64,000 nt of DNA from NCBI RefSeq assembly GCF_000981445.1, contig NC_027217.1:248001-312000 (forward strand), written 5' to 3'. The DNA is from Babesia bigemina. Taxonomy: Eukaryota. A program made the position numbers and the translations under genes. The notes below the pieces were generated by a model that searched no databases, was not told the DNA's origin, and saw only the letters and a program-made list of their open reading frames with translations. Of this stretch, positions 34,871-47,980 are shown one piece after another. Position 1 is the first letter of the stretch. Every line of letters starts with the position of its first letter.

Positions 34871-35273
34871 CTACGGCGCGTCGGCAGCCGTCCCGAGTGA
34901 CCTGGTGATCTTGGAAACCTCCTCGTTGATGAAGTTGAGCTGCTCGTTGTACGTCTTGTGCAGCTCGTCCACCTGCACAGCGTCGTACGGGCACGCGACC
35001 AACGAACCTTCTGCGCATACGTCGTCAGCGCCGGGCGCACCTCGGCGACCGTCCGCTCCACCGCGACGCGGCCGACGATGCGGTAACAACGGCGGTCATC
35101 TGGCAGCGACTCCAGAGTCCGCAGCACCAGCCTGCGAGGAATCACACACCCGAACGACGGACCTACTTGTGCTCCGCGGACTCCTGCGATAGGTCGTCGA
35201 GCTGCCCGAGCAGCCTCAGCCGTTCCTTCTCCAGCTTTTTGAGCGCCTCTTTCTTGCCCTCAACGCCTTCCAT
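34871..35273 (-). CDS. PFDN2: Prefoldin subunit 2 (beta type), 3 exons
   Basis: Spliced MEGVEGKK...ESAEHK|LVLRTLESLPDDRRCYRIVGRVAVERTVAEVRPAL matches PFDN2 (EH.LV..TL....RKC+R..GGVLVERTV.EV.PAL). Confidence 0.88.
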
Positions 35274-35308
35274 TGTTTGTGACGGTACGCGCCTCGCGCG
35301 ACGCGCAG

Positions 35309-37874
35309 TCAGGGGCCGCACGTGGGCGGGGAGGCGCTAGACACCCGAGCCAGACGACGGGCGACGTGCTTGCAAATTTTCGCGTACGCGTCCTTGACGT
35401 CGGAATACAATCCTCGCTGCAGGTCGCGCTCGCCCTGGTCAATGGACTGCAGCGACATCACCTCGCAGTACGGGTCGAACTCACGTAGAACGGGCCGCGA
35501 TACTTGTTAAACAGCATCGCGTGGTAAAGCGTGCAGCGCTGCTGGGGCGAGGAGAGTCGGATGGTCAGCGGCAGCAGCCGCTGCTCCGAGTCTCCCTTGC
35601 TGCACGACCTGACGGCCACAGTACGCACGCTTACCACTTGTACGCTAGCGTAACCTCGAGGCAGCTGGCGGGGTCGGGGTACGGCTCGGGTTGCTGGGAA
35701 GGCTCGTAGCAATCCTGCACGTCTATCCGCGTCCACTTGAGCTCCAGCTCGACCTCATCGTTCCAGAGATAGAGTCCCTACGAGCACGTTATCGGTTGGG
35801 GAAGCTGGGGTTAGACGCACCGCACAACGGCACTGTAGCTGTACTTCGACAAAATCCTCATCGGGTTTGGTTGGACCGGGCGTTGCGGGTCCGGCCGCGG
35901 CGTTCGGACCCGGTGGTAGGAGGCCCTGCTGCTTGGCTTTGACGAGTGGTTCGGCCTTGCTGGCCGTAACTGGGCTGACGCTTTTCGCAACGGCTTTGGC
36001 CGGCACGTTCCTGCCTTTGTCCGGCCGCGCCTTGCCAAAGATATTCTTGAAAAATCCGCGCACCCTGCCCATGCGAGGAGCCTCAGGCGGCGGCTTAGCG
36101 GCGCCCCCCGCGGCCGCCTTCGGGGGCGGCGTTGCTTTGGCAACCTTGGGGGGAGGCTTGGCCTTTGGCGCCGTAGGAGCACTGTCGGCAGTGGCAGGCT
36201 GTTGCTTTTTCGCCGGGCGGTCCTCAGCTTTTCCGGTTTCCTGCGTCACGGGTTGGTGCCATGTGGCGAGGGTGACGCCGACCTCGGCTCCAGGCTGCGC
36301 GGCGTCCGAGGCATCCCTAGATGCTGATGCAGCTGAATCACGCGCTCCGTCACTGTCACACAGCACTGTTGCTGAATCAGCGCTCAAGAGACTCTTCGTG
36401 TGGAACAGTTCCGGGTCCTCGGTGGGACGCGGTGCGCCACTGCGGGGGGTCGCAGTGCCAGCGTTGCCTTCCAACTCTCCCAAGAAGTCTGAGTTGTCGT
36501 CGGCGTAGCTTCCAAAGGAGCCGGTGCTCTCATACGTCACGGCGGGCTGTATAGCGGTCTCCATAGAGGCCGTGACTGAGTCTCGTATCCCCTTATTATC
36601 CACATTCTCGCCGCTCAGCTCCTCCACGCTGTCTCCGGGCAGATGAAGAGATCGTGCGGATGACTTTATTTGCATTAACGACAGTTTAGTAGACAACCGT
36701 CTGTCGAAGTTATCCGTCCCACCCGTGGGAGCGAAGGGCAACTTTTTGAGGTGGGCGGCGATCGCACGGAATTGCTTGGCGCAGATGAGGACATTGTGCG
36801 CTTCATTGTCCTGTCATATCAATGTGGAACGTCTTGATGCGCATACCTTCGAAACGTTGAGGAGGATGTTGTGAGCCAAGACGTTGCTGAAACGGACGGG
36901 GCCGCGAGTGGCGGTCGTAAAAACAAACTTGCGGTTGACTCCCGTGCCCACTGCCTTATACACCCGCAACTGCACGTAGCGGCCGATCTGTATTCAACGT
37001 AAACATGAATGTATTAGGAACCGTACCGTCCAATCGTTAAGGTAAAATATGTCGTTACTACACGAAGCTGCAGGGTAGAACTCGCCTGGGTCACCTCGAT
37101 GAGTCGACAGGTACCATTCGGCACGGTAGACGGAAAATGGATGCATCTGAGGCTTACGCATGCTGCGAAAACTGACGTAGCTGGCCGCCTCGAGGGGGCC
37201 CTCCATTATTACAGGGTAGTCGGTACTGAACTCGGCAGGTGGATCACCCAGCCCCTGATCATTGTCGCCACAGGTTATCCCCTAACGCACATATGACGCG
37301 CTACAACTCACACGGGCCATACCAATTGAGTTAGGAAGTCGCCAGCTGCTGACGCGTAAAAGTCGTCACGGACAAGGCGATAGCTTTTGCAAACTGAGTT
37401 GGGTCCTTTGTCCACCGTATTGCTGCATGCAGCAGCCTTGGGGCCCAGCGATGCTCGGAAGTTGGTGCTGAGGCTGCCGTAATTGTACACAGGGACGCCG
37501 AAATGGAGTTGGACGCTGCTACACAACTGGTCGCACTCCTCCGTTGTCGGCAGCCCAAATCGCAGCCACCCCCCTTTGTCGGAAGACAACTGCAATTCGA
37601 ATACCTGTACAAGTTGCAGACAATGCCGACATAAACTCACATCACTATGGGTGACCGACCCCGAATGATGGCTAGGGTCATTGCTAAGAACGCGGCGCTG
37701 GAAGCTTAAGACATCCTTCACGTCTATGCGACGAATCGGCCGCAGGTTGTGGTCGAGAACGGCAATCGACCGATATGGATTAACGGATAGACAAAGGTAG
37801 TACAGATGCGACTGCTGTCCAAAAAGGACCTGGTACATACGACCAGTGCCGCTGCTCGTCGACGAGGGACGCAT
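35309..37874 (-). CDS. Multi-exon protein: N-terminal PH-like domain, Ig-like segment, Pro/Ala/Lys-rich linker, C-terminal PH-like domain
   Basis: ORFs 37308-37874, 36994-37206 and 35755-36741 plus downstream exons are joinable by GT-AG introns to TGA at 35309. PH-like C-terminal helices FGLPTTEECDQLCSSV and IRLSSPQQRCTLYHAM. Confidence 0.6.
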
Positions 37875-38272
37875 GGCTCAACTGGGAATGAGCACATTCC
37901 TCCGAGCAACTATCAAAATACACGTGATGTGTTGTTAATCCATATGGGTGGTACTCATTTCAGCTACAAAATGCTACGAATGTAGGCAGACGCGACCTCG
38001 ACATGTGTAGCGTCGCGAGTTCATCAAGAGAACCAAGGGAAGGAGGCACGAAGGTTAGCTCGGCTATCACGCGAAGTGCGTTGCTGCTGTCAGTTTTTGG
38101 TGACGGGTAGTATGTGACCGACGGCAGCTGGTAATAATCTCTGCGCGCGACAAGCGTCGGTACGCTGATATCGATGCCGCTGCAGGGTTACACATCGCAA
38201 CGGAATCAACAAAAACAGCGAAACGAAAGCTAAAATATCTGATCGACCAACAATTAACCGCGCATCAATTAC

Positions 38273-41152
38273 TTAACACTCGGAGTAGTAGCTTTCTACG
38301 TGAATCCTGGAGAGAACGATGCCCTTGGTGGTGACGCAGCGGCACTCCAACGGCGGTGTCTTGCGCAGCCCCTCCCCAGGTCCCACACTATCACTGTCGA
38401 ACCGCAGGATAACAAAGTGATTGGAATGTGATGCTACCAAAGACTGGCTGATATCACTCAAGTTCTTCACTTCATCCTCAACGTAAACTTGGTTGAAACA
38501 GCTGGGTGGGTCCAGGACGTACGGTACTGGGCAATAGAACGCTGCCTCACCCGCAGTCTGAAGGTCTATCTTGCAACCGATTGCCTTCCCTTCCGAATTG
38601 TATATTTTGGGTGTCTCAGGCTTGAATAACTTATCTCTTGAGTCTGTAATTCCGCACCCTTGTATGTATGGGTCCGTCATCTCTACGTCAATTTGAACTA
38701 CGTTCCACGTGTATTCCTCTAACGGCGCTAAAGCGTGGGGGAGAGTAGCTCCATGTGCACCATCGTTGATTTGATCAAAGTCTGATTCTGATAGCTCCTT
38801 GCCGCAAACAAATGTCATTGGCACGTACTCCGAGTAATCTGGATCCCTAGATACCAAAATTGCGCCGCTATTGGATTTGATGATCAAATCACTATATTCG
38901 TCTGTATATTCTGGCATAAAGATGTCTAGTCCACCTTTTGTGCCAGCGATTCTATCTTCGTTTGGCATTGGAATTAGCATAGGTCCTTCTGTTGTCGTAT
39001 CTGCTTTGTAATGGTTGAATCGAATATAATATGGTAACCAGATAGGTAGTGCATTGGCGTTATTCCCATCGTCGTACGACGCTTCATCCATAACGCACCG
39101 CATGAAGATTTCTGTGCCCGACTGCAGTTTTATAGGTATCTGGGGTGTGTTGTGTAGAATTACTGATTGAATATAAGCGTGATGGTAGTGTAAATATTCT
39201 ACCTCACTCCAGGGCAGTAATGAGTAAGGCAGCAACCTTTGATATGCCTCTTCACGACGTACTGTGTACGTGTACTCTTCACTACGGTTGGATCTCAAAA
39301 TAAGTCTGGATGTCTCGTGTCCATGTTCATCAACACAACTGCAAGCGTGACTGACGGGCACATTTTGGAAGCTCATGGCTAATACCTGAAATCCTCGAAC
39401 TGGGTAAAGTGTGGCATTGCGCACAGCTGTAGGAAATGGCGCAATCTGATTGGAGGAAAGATCGTATCCTGTGGACTCGCAATTGTTTGGAAGCAGCTCC
39501 TCATTGGGTCCGCATCGAATGCCAGCTTGTTCCTCGCCGCTCACGACATTTAAAAGCCATTCAGATGTTAACGCCATACCATTCCGCATGTCTCTAATTG
39601 TGTGAGAGCCAATATCCTTTTCCGGATCAAACATACTTGGTCTCCATCTGTCACAACCAATAATATTGTAGCGATAAGTAGGCGCAAATGAGACGTTCAC
39701 CACAGCGCGTATCTTTTCGATAATGTATTCGTTTCTAGATATGACTGTCCAATGATATAAGAACGAGTTGTGCCCACTTCGTAATGCCAGAGGCCTGTCC
39801 ATACGGTACTTTAGCTTCACCTCTCCTCTCTCCTTTTGTGAAACATCTACCTCGATAACGTCGCAAGTGAAGGCTTTGTTGGCCACGATTTCGTCGTATA
39901 GATCGACGTCATAAATTGTTTGTATTTGGCGTAGCGTCAACTTTGTGTCCGGCTTGAATTCACTTTCATATGCATGTGTAGATGGAAGTTGCGAGTATGG
40001 GACTCTCAAAGCATCCTCGTCAATATCGTCAACATCTTCTATGTATTCATCGCCGATAGCAGTCGACTTAACTGTCTGTTTTGGCAACTTTATGGTCAAC
40101 GTAGCACCCGGATGTAGCATAACTGAACACCAGGGGCCACTAATAGGCTTGACTCTGTTACGGGCAATCATGCTAGCTATGTCACACACGTATTCAGTTT
40201 TCCAACGGATTTCCATCCTTGCCTTCACGTGACCAGTCACAGGATCTATGCACCGGCATTCGCCGTTGAAGCGGGGTAATGCGACGTCATTAAAATATCT
40301 CGCTACAACCCATTTTCCACGATTATTTAAATTCCTATATAAATGTGGTGTAGGAGCAGTCACAACTCTGCCCGTCCTGTTCAAGAGATACCTCATGCAA
40401 TCATCAGGTTCAATACGCCCTTGGCAAACGAAACCAGTGCGTAATGTCGACATAGGATCTACTACACAAGAACGTGTGCCAGTGACAGGGTCTACAGCCA
40501 CGTCATTATCTGGAGCAAAGAGTTTCGAGGGGCGGCTTCCACAGCCCTGCAGAAGTTTGTGCTTGAGGCCTCTGTGCAAATATGCCACCCCTATACTTCT
40601 ACCTGGTTCGGATATTTGGTCAACCAATAGCGTGGTTGGATTAGATAAATGATCTTCTCTTTCATAAATCTCCCGTAGGCGAGCAAGTTGGCCTTGCAGC
40701 GCACCACTCAATACCAAATCCCTAGGACCACAAATGAACGCCAAACGTCCTTCCGTAATGGCATATATATGGTCATCCACTACATCGATATGCAACTCTG
40801 TTTGCGAGTCGTTTGACACTTTCCAAGCATATGACCGTTGTACTTCGGTGACCACTACCTTCGAAAAAGGGACGGAGTGAAACTTGCCGTCTTCAATCAC
40901 ATAGGTTTTGAGACTGGCGCCATGATCAGCGGTTGGTTGGGGATGCCATACATACTCAGTACCGTTGACATGACGTGGGCATGCCAGAGTTGCAATGCCA
41001 ATGTGATCCATGTTTATGTGGAATGCAACTAGGGGATTGGCATCCAAAGAACTCATTAAATTTCTGAAATCATACTCCAATGCGTCAATGAATCCAATAA
41101 ACTGCAAAATTATAGCGCAAATTGCCAACGGGGCTCCTATATATTTCGCCAT
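38273..41152 (-). CDS. Secreted multi-domain s48/45 (6-Cys)-like protein, Babesia multigene family
   Basis: Signal peptide; repeated xQGC...C...G-F-x-C...P..C...C-x-C modules (e.g. IQGCG...GCKID...AFYCP...DPPSCFNQV...LECRC); paralogue of 57879-60704. Confidence 0.75.
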   Translation of the reverse strand: MAKYIGAPLAICAIILQFIGFIDALEYDFRNLMSSLDANPLVAFHINMDHIGIATLACPRHVNGTEYVWHPQPTADHGASLKTYVIEDGKFHSVPFSKVVVTEVQRSYAWKVSNDSQTELHIDVVDDHIYAITEGRLAFICGPRDLVLSGALQGQLARLREIYEREDHLSNPTTLLVDQISEPGRSIGVAYLHRGLKHKLLQGCGSRPSKLFAPDNDVAVDPVTGTRSCVVDPMSTLRTGFVCQGRIEPDDCMRYLLNRTGRVVTAPTPHLYRNLNNRGKWVVARYFNDVALPRFNGECRCIDPVTGHVKARMEIRWKTEYVCDIASMIARNRVKPISGPWCSVMLHPGATLTIKLPKQTVKSTAIGDEYIEDVDDIDEDALRVPYSQLPSTHAYESEFKPDTKLTLRQIQTIYDVDLYDEIVANKAFTCDVIEVDVSQKERGEVKLKYRMDRPLALRSGHNSFLYHWTVISRNEYIIEKIRAVVNVSFAPTYRYNIIGCDRWRPSMFDPEKDIGSHTIRDMRNGMALTSEWLLNVVSGEEQAGIRCGPNEELLPNNCESTGYDLSSNQIAPFPTAVRNATLYPVRGFQVLAMSFQNVPVSHACSCVDEHGHETSRLILRSNRSEEYTYTVRREEAYQRLLPYSLLPWSEVEYLHYHHAYIQSVILHNTPQIPIKLQSGTEIFMRCVMDEASYDDGNNANALPIWLPYYIRFNHYKADTTTEGPMLIPMPNEDRIAGTKGGLDIFMPEYTDEYSDLIIKSNSGAILVSRDPDYSEYVPMTFVCGKELSESDFDQINDGAHGATLPHALAPLEEYTWNVVQIDVEMTDPYIQGCGITDSRDKLFKPETPKIYNSEGKAIGCKIDLQTAGEAAFYCPVPYVLDPPSCFNQVYVEDEVKNLSDISQSLVASHSNHFVILRFDSDSVGPGEGLRKTPPLECRCVTTKGIVLSRIHVESYYSEC

Positions 41153-42440
41153 TGTTATATTTTGCGTCCGACGACAGCCCAAAACAATCCTGAGTTTAAA
41201 TGACCTTCAACCAACTTATAACGCATGAATACATGCATCTACTAATAATTAAGGCTGGTAATTTTTTCAAGCAGTGGCAGTGAAGATTCCATCGCCTCAG
41301 CTAGCTGGCCTGTTACCCAAGAATTAAAAAAAAAACAGGACTAAAAGTTGAAGTCACCATAGTGGACAGCAATAATTGCGTTCTTCTATTGAAAGACATT
41401 TATATGTACACTATAACAAAATAATTATTATATGAGACATTGTTGCACTTCCCGAGAAAATTCTCCTCAGCAAGACACCCATCATTGGCGACACATTACC
41501 ATGGCCAGGCTATCACCATTATCCATATGGCGATAGACAGTGTACATAACCTGGTGGAAAAGATGTCATAGGAACGTGAAAGGTGCCAATTCCTTTTAAA
41601 GGATCAGACGATGCCCATGGTTGTACCAAATGTTGTGACGTTGGAAGGACTTGTGGCGCGATAGTATAATATGCATCTACTAGCAGTTTACATCACTGAT
41701 CGCACGACTTCCCACATAAAACAGGATGTTAGAGCAACAAACCCATACGTTGCGAAGATTGACGTGAAACCCACAGAAGATTGACTCGGCCAACTAACCT
41801 CGAGCCCAAACTGGATGGATGCCCGCATGGATGGCACCAGTGAGGATCGGCAACGTACCGACGTGGATCCCGCAACCAGTATCAGCGTGACGCGGCAGAT
41901 ACGCAAAATCGAAAACAGGCTGTAGGCGCTTAGCAACACGGCACACGATTTGCTAAGAGGATATAATAATAATCACAAGATGACAGGTTTATTTACTGGC
42001 CTTGTGAGCCGTTTAAGCGTAGTGTCCCCAATGCGGCGTCACATTATACGGCGTTGCACAGATCCAACGGGATGGTGGCATATGCGCTTGGCAACAGGAC
42101 GCACCGTGACCTGGCACATAGACCGATAAGCGCGTGACATAAGCCCAGATCAAATGTGGAAGGTTTTTCCAGTGATACGCAGATGCATTTATAACACTGC
42201 ACAACTCGACAACGACGATAGATGATGTAAACCCTTATGCTGTTTAGTCCAATGATCGCAGATCGCATCTACAGTGCCTTCCTATGGTCACGCCACACCA
42301 CAGAGCGAACGTGGTAGCATCTACAGCATGCTAAAAGAGTCATTCACTATGATTGAACGCTTATTACACATTACACAACAGGGAATAGTGCGCATAGATA
42401 ATACTGGACAATTTTAGACCTTAGTTCAACGTTGTTGGCT

Positions 42441-43376
42441 TTAAGCTTTAGCAGCAGTCAAAACCTCTTCTATAATTGGTGGGCGTCGCCGAGATAATGC
42501 GTAGTATTTCTCGTCCAGCCACTTGTTGAGGTCAGTGGTGTCCGTGTTGGGCGCGGCATAGTGCATTGCGGGTCCCATGGTTTTGTGGAAAACTCGAGAT
42601 CCTCGGGAGTTCTCCGTGTACTCATAACGGTGCAAAACACCGTCAACCGTAAACAAAACGCGCACCACCATCAGCCCCCAGGAGTCTTCAAACAGATGCA
42701 AAGAAGCGTCTTCCAGGTCAGGCCGCAGAGTGAGGACCATATCACCCATGCGTACCTTGTACAAATGATACTCCGGCTGTACATTGTATAAATGAAGGCA
42801 ACGGAGATCCTCGAACAAAAGACCTGGAGGCATGAAAGGGTCAAATACATTGAAGTGAATCAAATCCTCCGTGTTCGGGATCTCATAATCCGTTGTCATG
42901 CAAGCACGGCCCCAATCTTTATTGTACTCAGTACCATAGAGTGGATCTGGGGTAATGAGGATCTCACGCAGCTTCTCAGTGAACTCCTCTCGGGTGTACG
43001 GTTTCTGCCTGTGTTTACTAAACACATTCTTGAGCCGAGTCATTGCATCATCTTCATCCGGAGAGTCTATATCCAAGTGATCATGTTCATCGTCACTATC
43101 CACAGAATGCTCGCCCGCATCGGAAGTGGTCCCGTCATCTTCTGCCGGTTCATCGTTTTGATCACCGGGACGCCGGATTGGACTCGTCAGGTATGAGTCG
43201 GAGGCGTAACCCATTACTCTCTTAATAAACGTTGTCCTCGTAAAAATGTCCCTGTTAGCAGGGCAAGTATCACTGCCGCTTGAAGAATCATCTTCTGCGA
43301 AGACATGCGCACACTCATTAGTCAATAAAACTAGTGCGCAAACAAACTGCAGAATCCACGGGCACCTTCGCACCAT
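42441..43376 (-). CDS. Secreted/exported hypothetical protein (signal peptide, acidic patch, beta-rich C-terminal domain)
   Basis: 311-aa single-exon ORF from ATG 43376; MVRRCPWILQFVCALVLLTNECAHVFA signal peptide. Confidence 0.75.
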   Translation of the reverse strand: MVRRCPWILQFVCALVLLTNECAHVFAEDDSSSGSDTCPANRDIFTRTTFIKRVMGYASDSYLTSPIRRPGDQNDEPAEDDGTTSDAGEHSVDSDDEHDHLDIDSPDEDDAMTRLKNVFSKHRQKPYTREEFTEKLREILITPDPLYGTEYNKDWGRACMTTDYEIPNTEDLIHFNVFDPFMPPGLLFEDLRCLHLYNVQPEYHLYKVRMGDMVLTLRPDLEDASLHLFEDSWGLMVVRVLFTVDGVLHRYEYTENSRGSRVFHKTMGPAMHYAAPNTDTTDLNKWLDEKYYALSRRRPPIIEEVLTAAKA

Positions 43377-44436
43377 TTTCAAACAAAGTAATATGGCATC
43401 AAACGTTGGAAAACAAAATTTGTCAAGTGTGCAGGAACAAAATGTTTACAAATTTCCAAACTTTACTGCGCACACCGCCACGGTGTTAACAGACACAGAA
43501 CAATACAATCTCAAAAAGATTAAACGTTACGACCACAGCTCTGCTGCAGTATATTGATGGTCAGATCCTCTAAAACTTCATCTGGCCCCTAAAAGCCAGT
43601 TGTTACACAATAACATAACAGTTGTATTGGACAAGCCAAAGCTAACATGACTGCATCACATAAAAGAGGAAGTGTAAAGAATACAACATAAGCTCGAATA
43701 CAATCCTGCCACCAAATACAAAGAACGCTTCAGACAAATACAAGATCGAAACTCCCGCTACAAACAATTCCAAGCGAAATACCGTACACGCTATGATTCG
43801 GAAAGCAATACAATCTGTAACGACGATTGCTTGTTTTGAAACCCAACTGGAGTTGTATTCCTCAAATGTTTGTGTCACTTGAATCTTAAATGTGACGCGA
43901 AATTTGCAAGATGAGTCCCGATCAGCGATTTATACACTAGAGAATCCGAAACCACCTTATATGACCTGTAGCTGCCCTCAGAGCACGAAACCAATAACAA
44001 TGGCACATGCTTTGTTGTCAAAATACGAGACTACAATGCCGTGTTACGGGTAATGGTCGTGACGGCGTAACACAAATCCATGTACCTGAATCGGAGCGCA
44101 GATTATGTGGATTGCGCCACGCCCCAAATTGCCGCCTGCGTGGCGCTTTGCCGATAGCTAGAACACGATGTGTGAGTGCTGTGCAGCAGGAGAGTCCCCT
44201 GACCATCCGCCTCGCCGTCATGGACGCGCCTGATAACACTACCCGTACAGCTCGGCCTAACCACGCTATAAAACGCTCTAACATATTCCCGGTTGTGCAT
44301 CCATATTCGAATGAACAGCACGCCACGGGATTAAAGGAGTACGAAAGAATTCGCACATCTGTGACGGCTAGAACGCGTTCCGTGCCAGTCCAGTGGAACC
44401 AGGGAAAACGGTTATCGGCCAACACACAATTACAAA

Positions 44437-45933
44437 ATGCCTAGGAAATACACAGAAGTTATTTCGGAGGCCGATGGCCATCGAGTGATGGCACAGGCGG
44501 CTGCTGAAGACGGATCGTCCAGCCTGCGATACCGTACCATCGGAGGTGTGAAAGGTCCGCTGGTCATTTTGGAGAACGTAAGGTGCCCCAAATACGCCGA
44601 AATGGTCAACATCAACCTTGGCGACGGCACCACACGTCGAGGCCAGGTCTTGGAGGTTAGGGGCAACGTGGCCGTCGTGCAGGTGTTCGAAGGAACTGCC
44701 GGTATTGACAACCGAAGCTGCAGTGTGGATATGACCGGTGACGTCCTCAAGATGGGTGTCAGCGAGGATATGCTGGGACGCGTGTTCAATGGCAGCGGGA
44801 AACCGGTTGACGGTGGGCCCCGCATTCTCGCGGATGACTACGTCGACGTCAACGGAGAGGCCATCAATCCCATGTGCAGGCTGCACCCAAGGGAAATGCT
44901 GGAGACTGGAATATCAACTATCGATATCATGAATTCGGTCGTATTGGGGCAGAAAATCCCGCTATTCTCGGCTGCCGGTCTCCCGCACAACGAAATCGGT
45001 GCGCAAATCTGTAGACAGGCGTCATTGGTGGACCACAAGGACGTAGTAGACAGGCACCCTGACAACTTCGCCGTTGTATTCGCTGCCATGGGTGTCAATC
45101 TGGAAACTGCGTCGTTCTTCAAGAACGATTTCGAGCAAAACGGTGCCATGTCAAGGGTGGCCCTGTTCCTTAACCTGGCCAACGACCCTGCGGTGGAACG
45201 TATTGTCACCCCCCGTTTCGCCTACACCTTAGCCGAGTACCTCGCATTCGACAGAGAGATGAATGTATTCGTCATCCTGACGGATATGTCAGCCTACGCC
45301 GACGCGCTCCGTGAGGTATCAGCCGCCAGGGAGGAGGTGCCCGGCAGGCGTGGATACCCGGGTTACATGTACACCGATCTGGCCAGCCTCTACGAACGTG
45401 CTGGTAGAATTCAGGGGTGCAATGGAAGTATCACGCAGTTCCCCATCCTCACCATGCCAAACGACGACATCACTCATCCCATCCCTGACTTGACGGGTTA
45501 CATCACGGAGGGACAGATATTTGTGGACAGGAACCTGTACAACAGGGGTATATACCCGCCGATAAACGTGCTGCCGTCTTTGTCGCGTCTCATGAAGTCC
45601 GGTATTGGAAAGGGACTCACCAGGGAGGACCACCCCGCAGTATCTGACCAGCTCTACTCGGACTATGCCATCGGACAGGACACGCGCACCATGAAGGCTG
45701 TTGTGGGAGAGGAGGCGATGTCGTCTCAGGATCTGCTCTACCTGGAATTCACGGACAAGTTCGAGCAGAAGTTCCTCAAGCAGGGACAATACGAGCGGAG
45801 GAGCATCACCCAATCGCTAGACATCTGCTGGGAGCTGCTGCGTACCTTCCCCGAGGACATGCTCAAAAAGATCAAGAAGGACATTATCCAAAAGTACTAC
45901 CCGAGGAGTCACGCTACAGCTTCTGCCGTTTGA
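44437..45933 (+). CDS. VMA2: V-type H+-ATPase subunit B
   Basis: [74 protein letters not shown]; intronless. Confidence 0.98.
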   Translation: MPRKYTEVISEADGHRVMAQAAAEDGSSSLRYRTIGGVKGPLVILENVRCPKYAEMVNINLGDGTTRRGQVLEVRGNVAVVQVFEGTAGIDNRSCSVDMTGDVLKMGVSEDMLGRVFNGSGKPVDGGPRILADDYVDVNGEAINPMCRLHPREMLETGISTIDIMNSVVLGQKIPLFSAAGLPHNEIGAQICRQASLVDHKDVVDRHPDNFAVVFAAMGVNLETASFFKNDFEQNGAMSRVALFLNLANDPAVERIVTPRFAYTLAEYLAFDREMNVFVILTDMSAYADALREVSAAREEVPGRRGYPGYMYTDLASLYERAGRIQGCNGSITQFPILTMPNDDITHPIPDLTGYITEGQIFVDRNLYNRGIYPPINVLPSLSRLMKSGIGKGLTREDHPAVSDQLYSDYAIGQDTRTMKAVVGEEAMSSQDLLYLEFTDKFEQKFLKQGQYERRSITQSLDICWELLRTFPEDMLKKIKKDIIQKYYPRSHATASAV

Positions 45934-46132
45934 GACGTATTCACAATCCAAGTGCAACGGAAAGCCCCGACTGCAATAAAGTATTTTAGCATCGACACAA
46001 ACGTGCCGCAGAATGGTACCTTTACCACCCTCGTGCAAGGCTAGGGAGGGGGAATCGCAAAATAACTTGCAGCGGCCAGAGCGTTGCGTGCTCGTGCGAT
46101 GTGATTGTAACAAAACTGTGTTTAAATACTAG

Positions 46133-47484
46133 CTATATGCCGAACTGGCGGTTGCTCCACACTTGGGAGCCGTGCACAGTGACGATCTTCTCGTCACGCG
46201 CGTCCTGCACCTGGAAGCTCGATTCGCCGATGCCCAGGGGGGTGAGACTGCCTGCAAAACCGTGAGGTGGGCGGGTGGACCACTGACCCTTGAAAGTCTT
46301 GCCCTTAGCCGCCTTTATGTGGCGCTGCCAATCTGTTATGCGCTGTTGATCGGTGTCACAAAAGAGTTCGCTGAGGCATGCTGACATACACGCATTGACG
46401 GCACTAACCGACGTAGGTAGACTTTCTGAAACAAGGTTTCTATGCTCACTTTGGCCCACGGATATGAGCAGAATCCGAATACAACGGCAAGCGCGCGAAC
46501 AAAGGCTTGATGTTGCAAATATTGCAGCTCTTTCTCGCTGGGTAAAGTAGATCCCGGCGAATCAGCAGTCGTCTGGCAGTCTTGTGAATTACCGTCGATT
46601 TGTTTTGATTCATCCGACGCTCCTGAAGAGTTTGGTATAACCCCAGCAGCGCTACCATCTTTGCTGGGCGACGATTTGGGTGATTCCCCGCCATTGTTTG
46701 ATGAAGCTGTAGGTGAGTCACTTTGGTCCCCTGAAGCTTCTATGGGATTCGAAGGGGCCGACGGCGTGTTATTATACATTTCTGAATCAGCTGATAGATC
46801 ACGTTCTGAGGCGATTGCTTCAAAACGCTTAAAATGCGACTCCAGCTGCGACACTATCGCATGGAAACGAAACGAGTCGTTCTCGTACCAGAGTGACGCG
46901 GAATAGCACAGGTCGAGCTTTAGGAGGTGCATCAGCTCTCTATGCACTGGTGAGATGTCAGCCTCGGCAAGTAAACGGTCAACAACAGACTCTACGAATT
47001 CCAACACGACGTTCTTTAGCTCGACGCAGTCTTTGGGCACTCCTCCGCCAAATTCTACGATGAATATGCGGTCCAACTTCAAGAATACTCGGAAAAAATC
47101 ATCTAGCGATAAGCCTGCGTACTCGGCATTGGCCCTGTCTGACAGATAGCCGACGCACAACTTTGTCAGAAGCTTTACGCTTTTAGCAAATCGGCCGCGG
47201 TGCGGTAAATGGCGCTGTGATAGGTCATACAAAATGTCTCGCACGCTCTTACGAGCATTCGGCTCATCACTGCGAGTTTTGGAAGGTGGTGAAGCGGCCG
47301 TGCTCTCACTCGGTTGAAAAGGTAACTCCTTCTTTTCTACGACTTTGCTTTCTATAGCATACCCGTCCCTATTAGTAGCATTACGCAGCTTAGATCTCTG
47401 ACGGTTGTAGAAGCGGTCCAATCGTCGCTCAGCTGCGGAACGGCCGATTAGCTCGAGCGACGGGTCTTCGTAGCTGCGTTTCAT
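46133..47484 (-). CDS. Conserved-looking hypothetical protein, 2 exons
   Basis: ORF 46336-47517 (ATG 47484) splices via a short GT-AG intron into the frame ending ...VQDARDEKIVTVHGSQVWSNRQFGI*. Confidence 0.7.
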
Positions 47485-47980
47485 CGTGCCAACCTCATGT
47501 AAATGTGCCAGATGCACTGTGTCACACTCGCATTAGCCTATTCTCTTAACTGTTGTACAGGGTAACGGAGTCCATAAGCATCGAAAGTTGTGGAAGGACA
47601 GACGTCACATGGTCAAGGTATTCGAATCACAACATACAGCGGGCATCGTCTGTATGTATTAATGTGCTCAATTCATGATTCTAATGGCTAGTAATTGGAA
47701 TGACCCGCCTGCTGGTGGACAACGTCAAAGCAGACAAGTCGACCCCTCGTGACGCGACACACACCGACACCATCCTTCAACAGTGCAGAATAGAGTACCC
47801 ACTGATGCATACGTTTGGAACCATACGGAAGAGTTAAGCGCACAAGTTAGCGCTTTTAGGAACGCATAGAAGACTTATAATATTATATATCCAATGTAGA
47901 GAACGAAATGTGAATACAGCCCAAATCACCAACGCCATTCGAGTGTCTCATCAAACCTTGAGATTGCAGAGACTTTAAGC

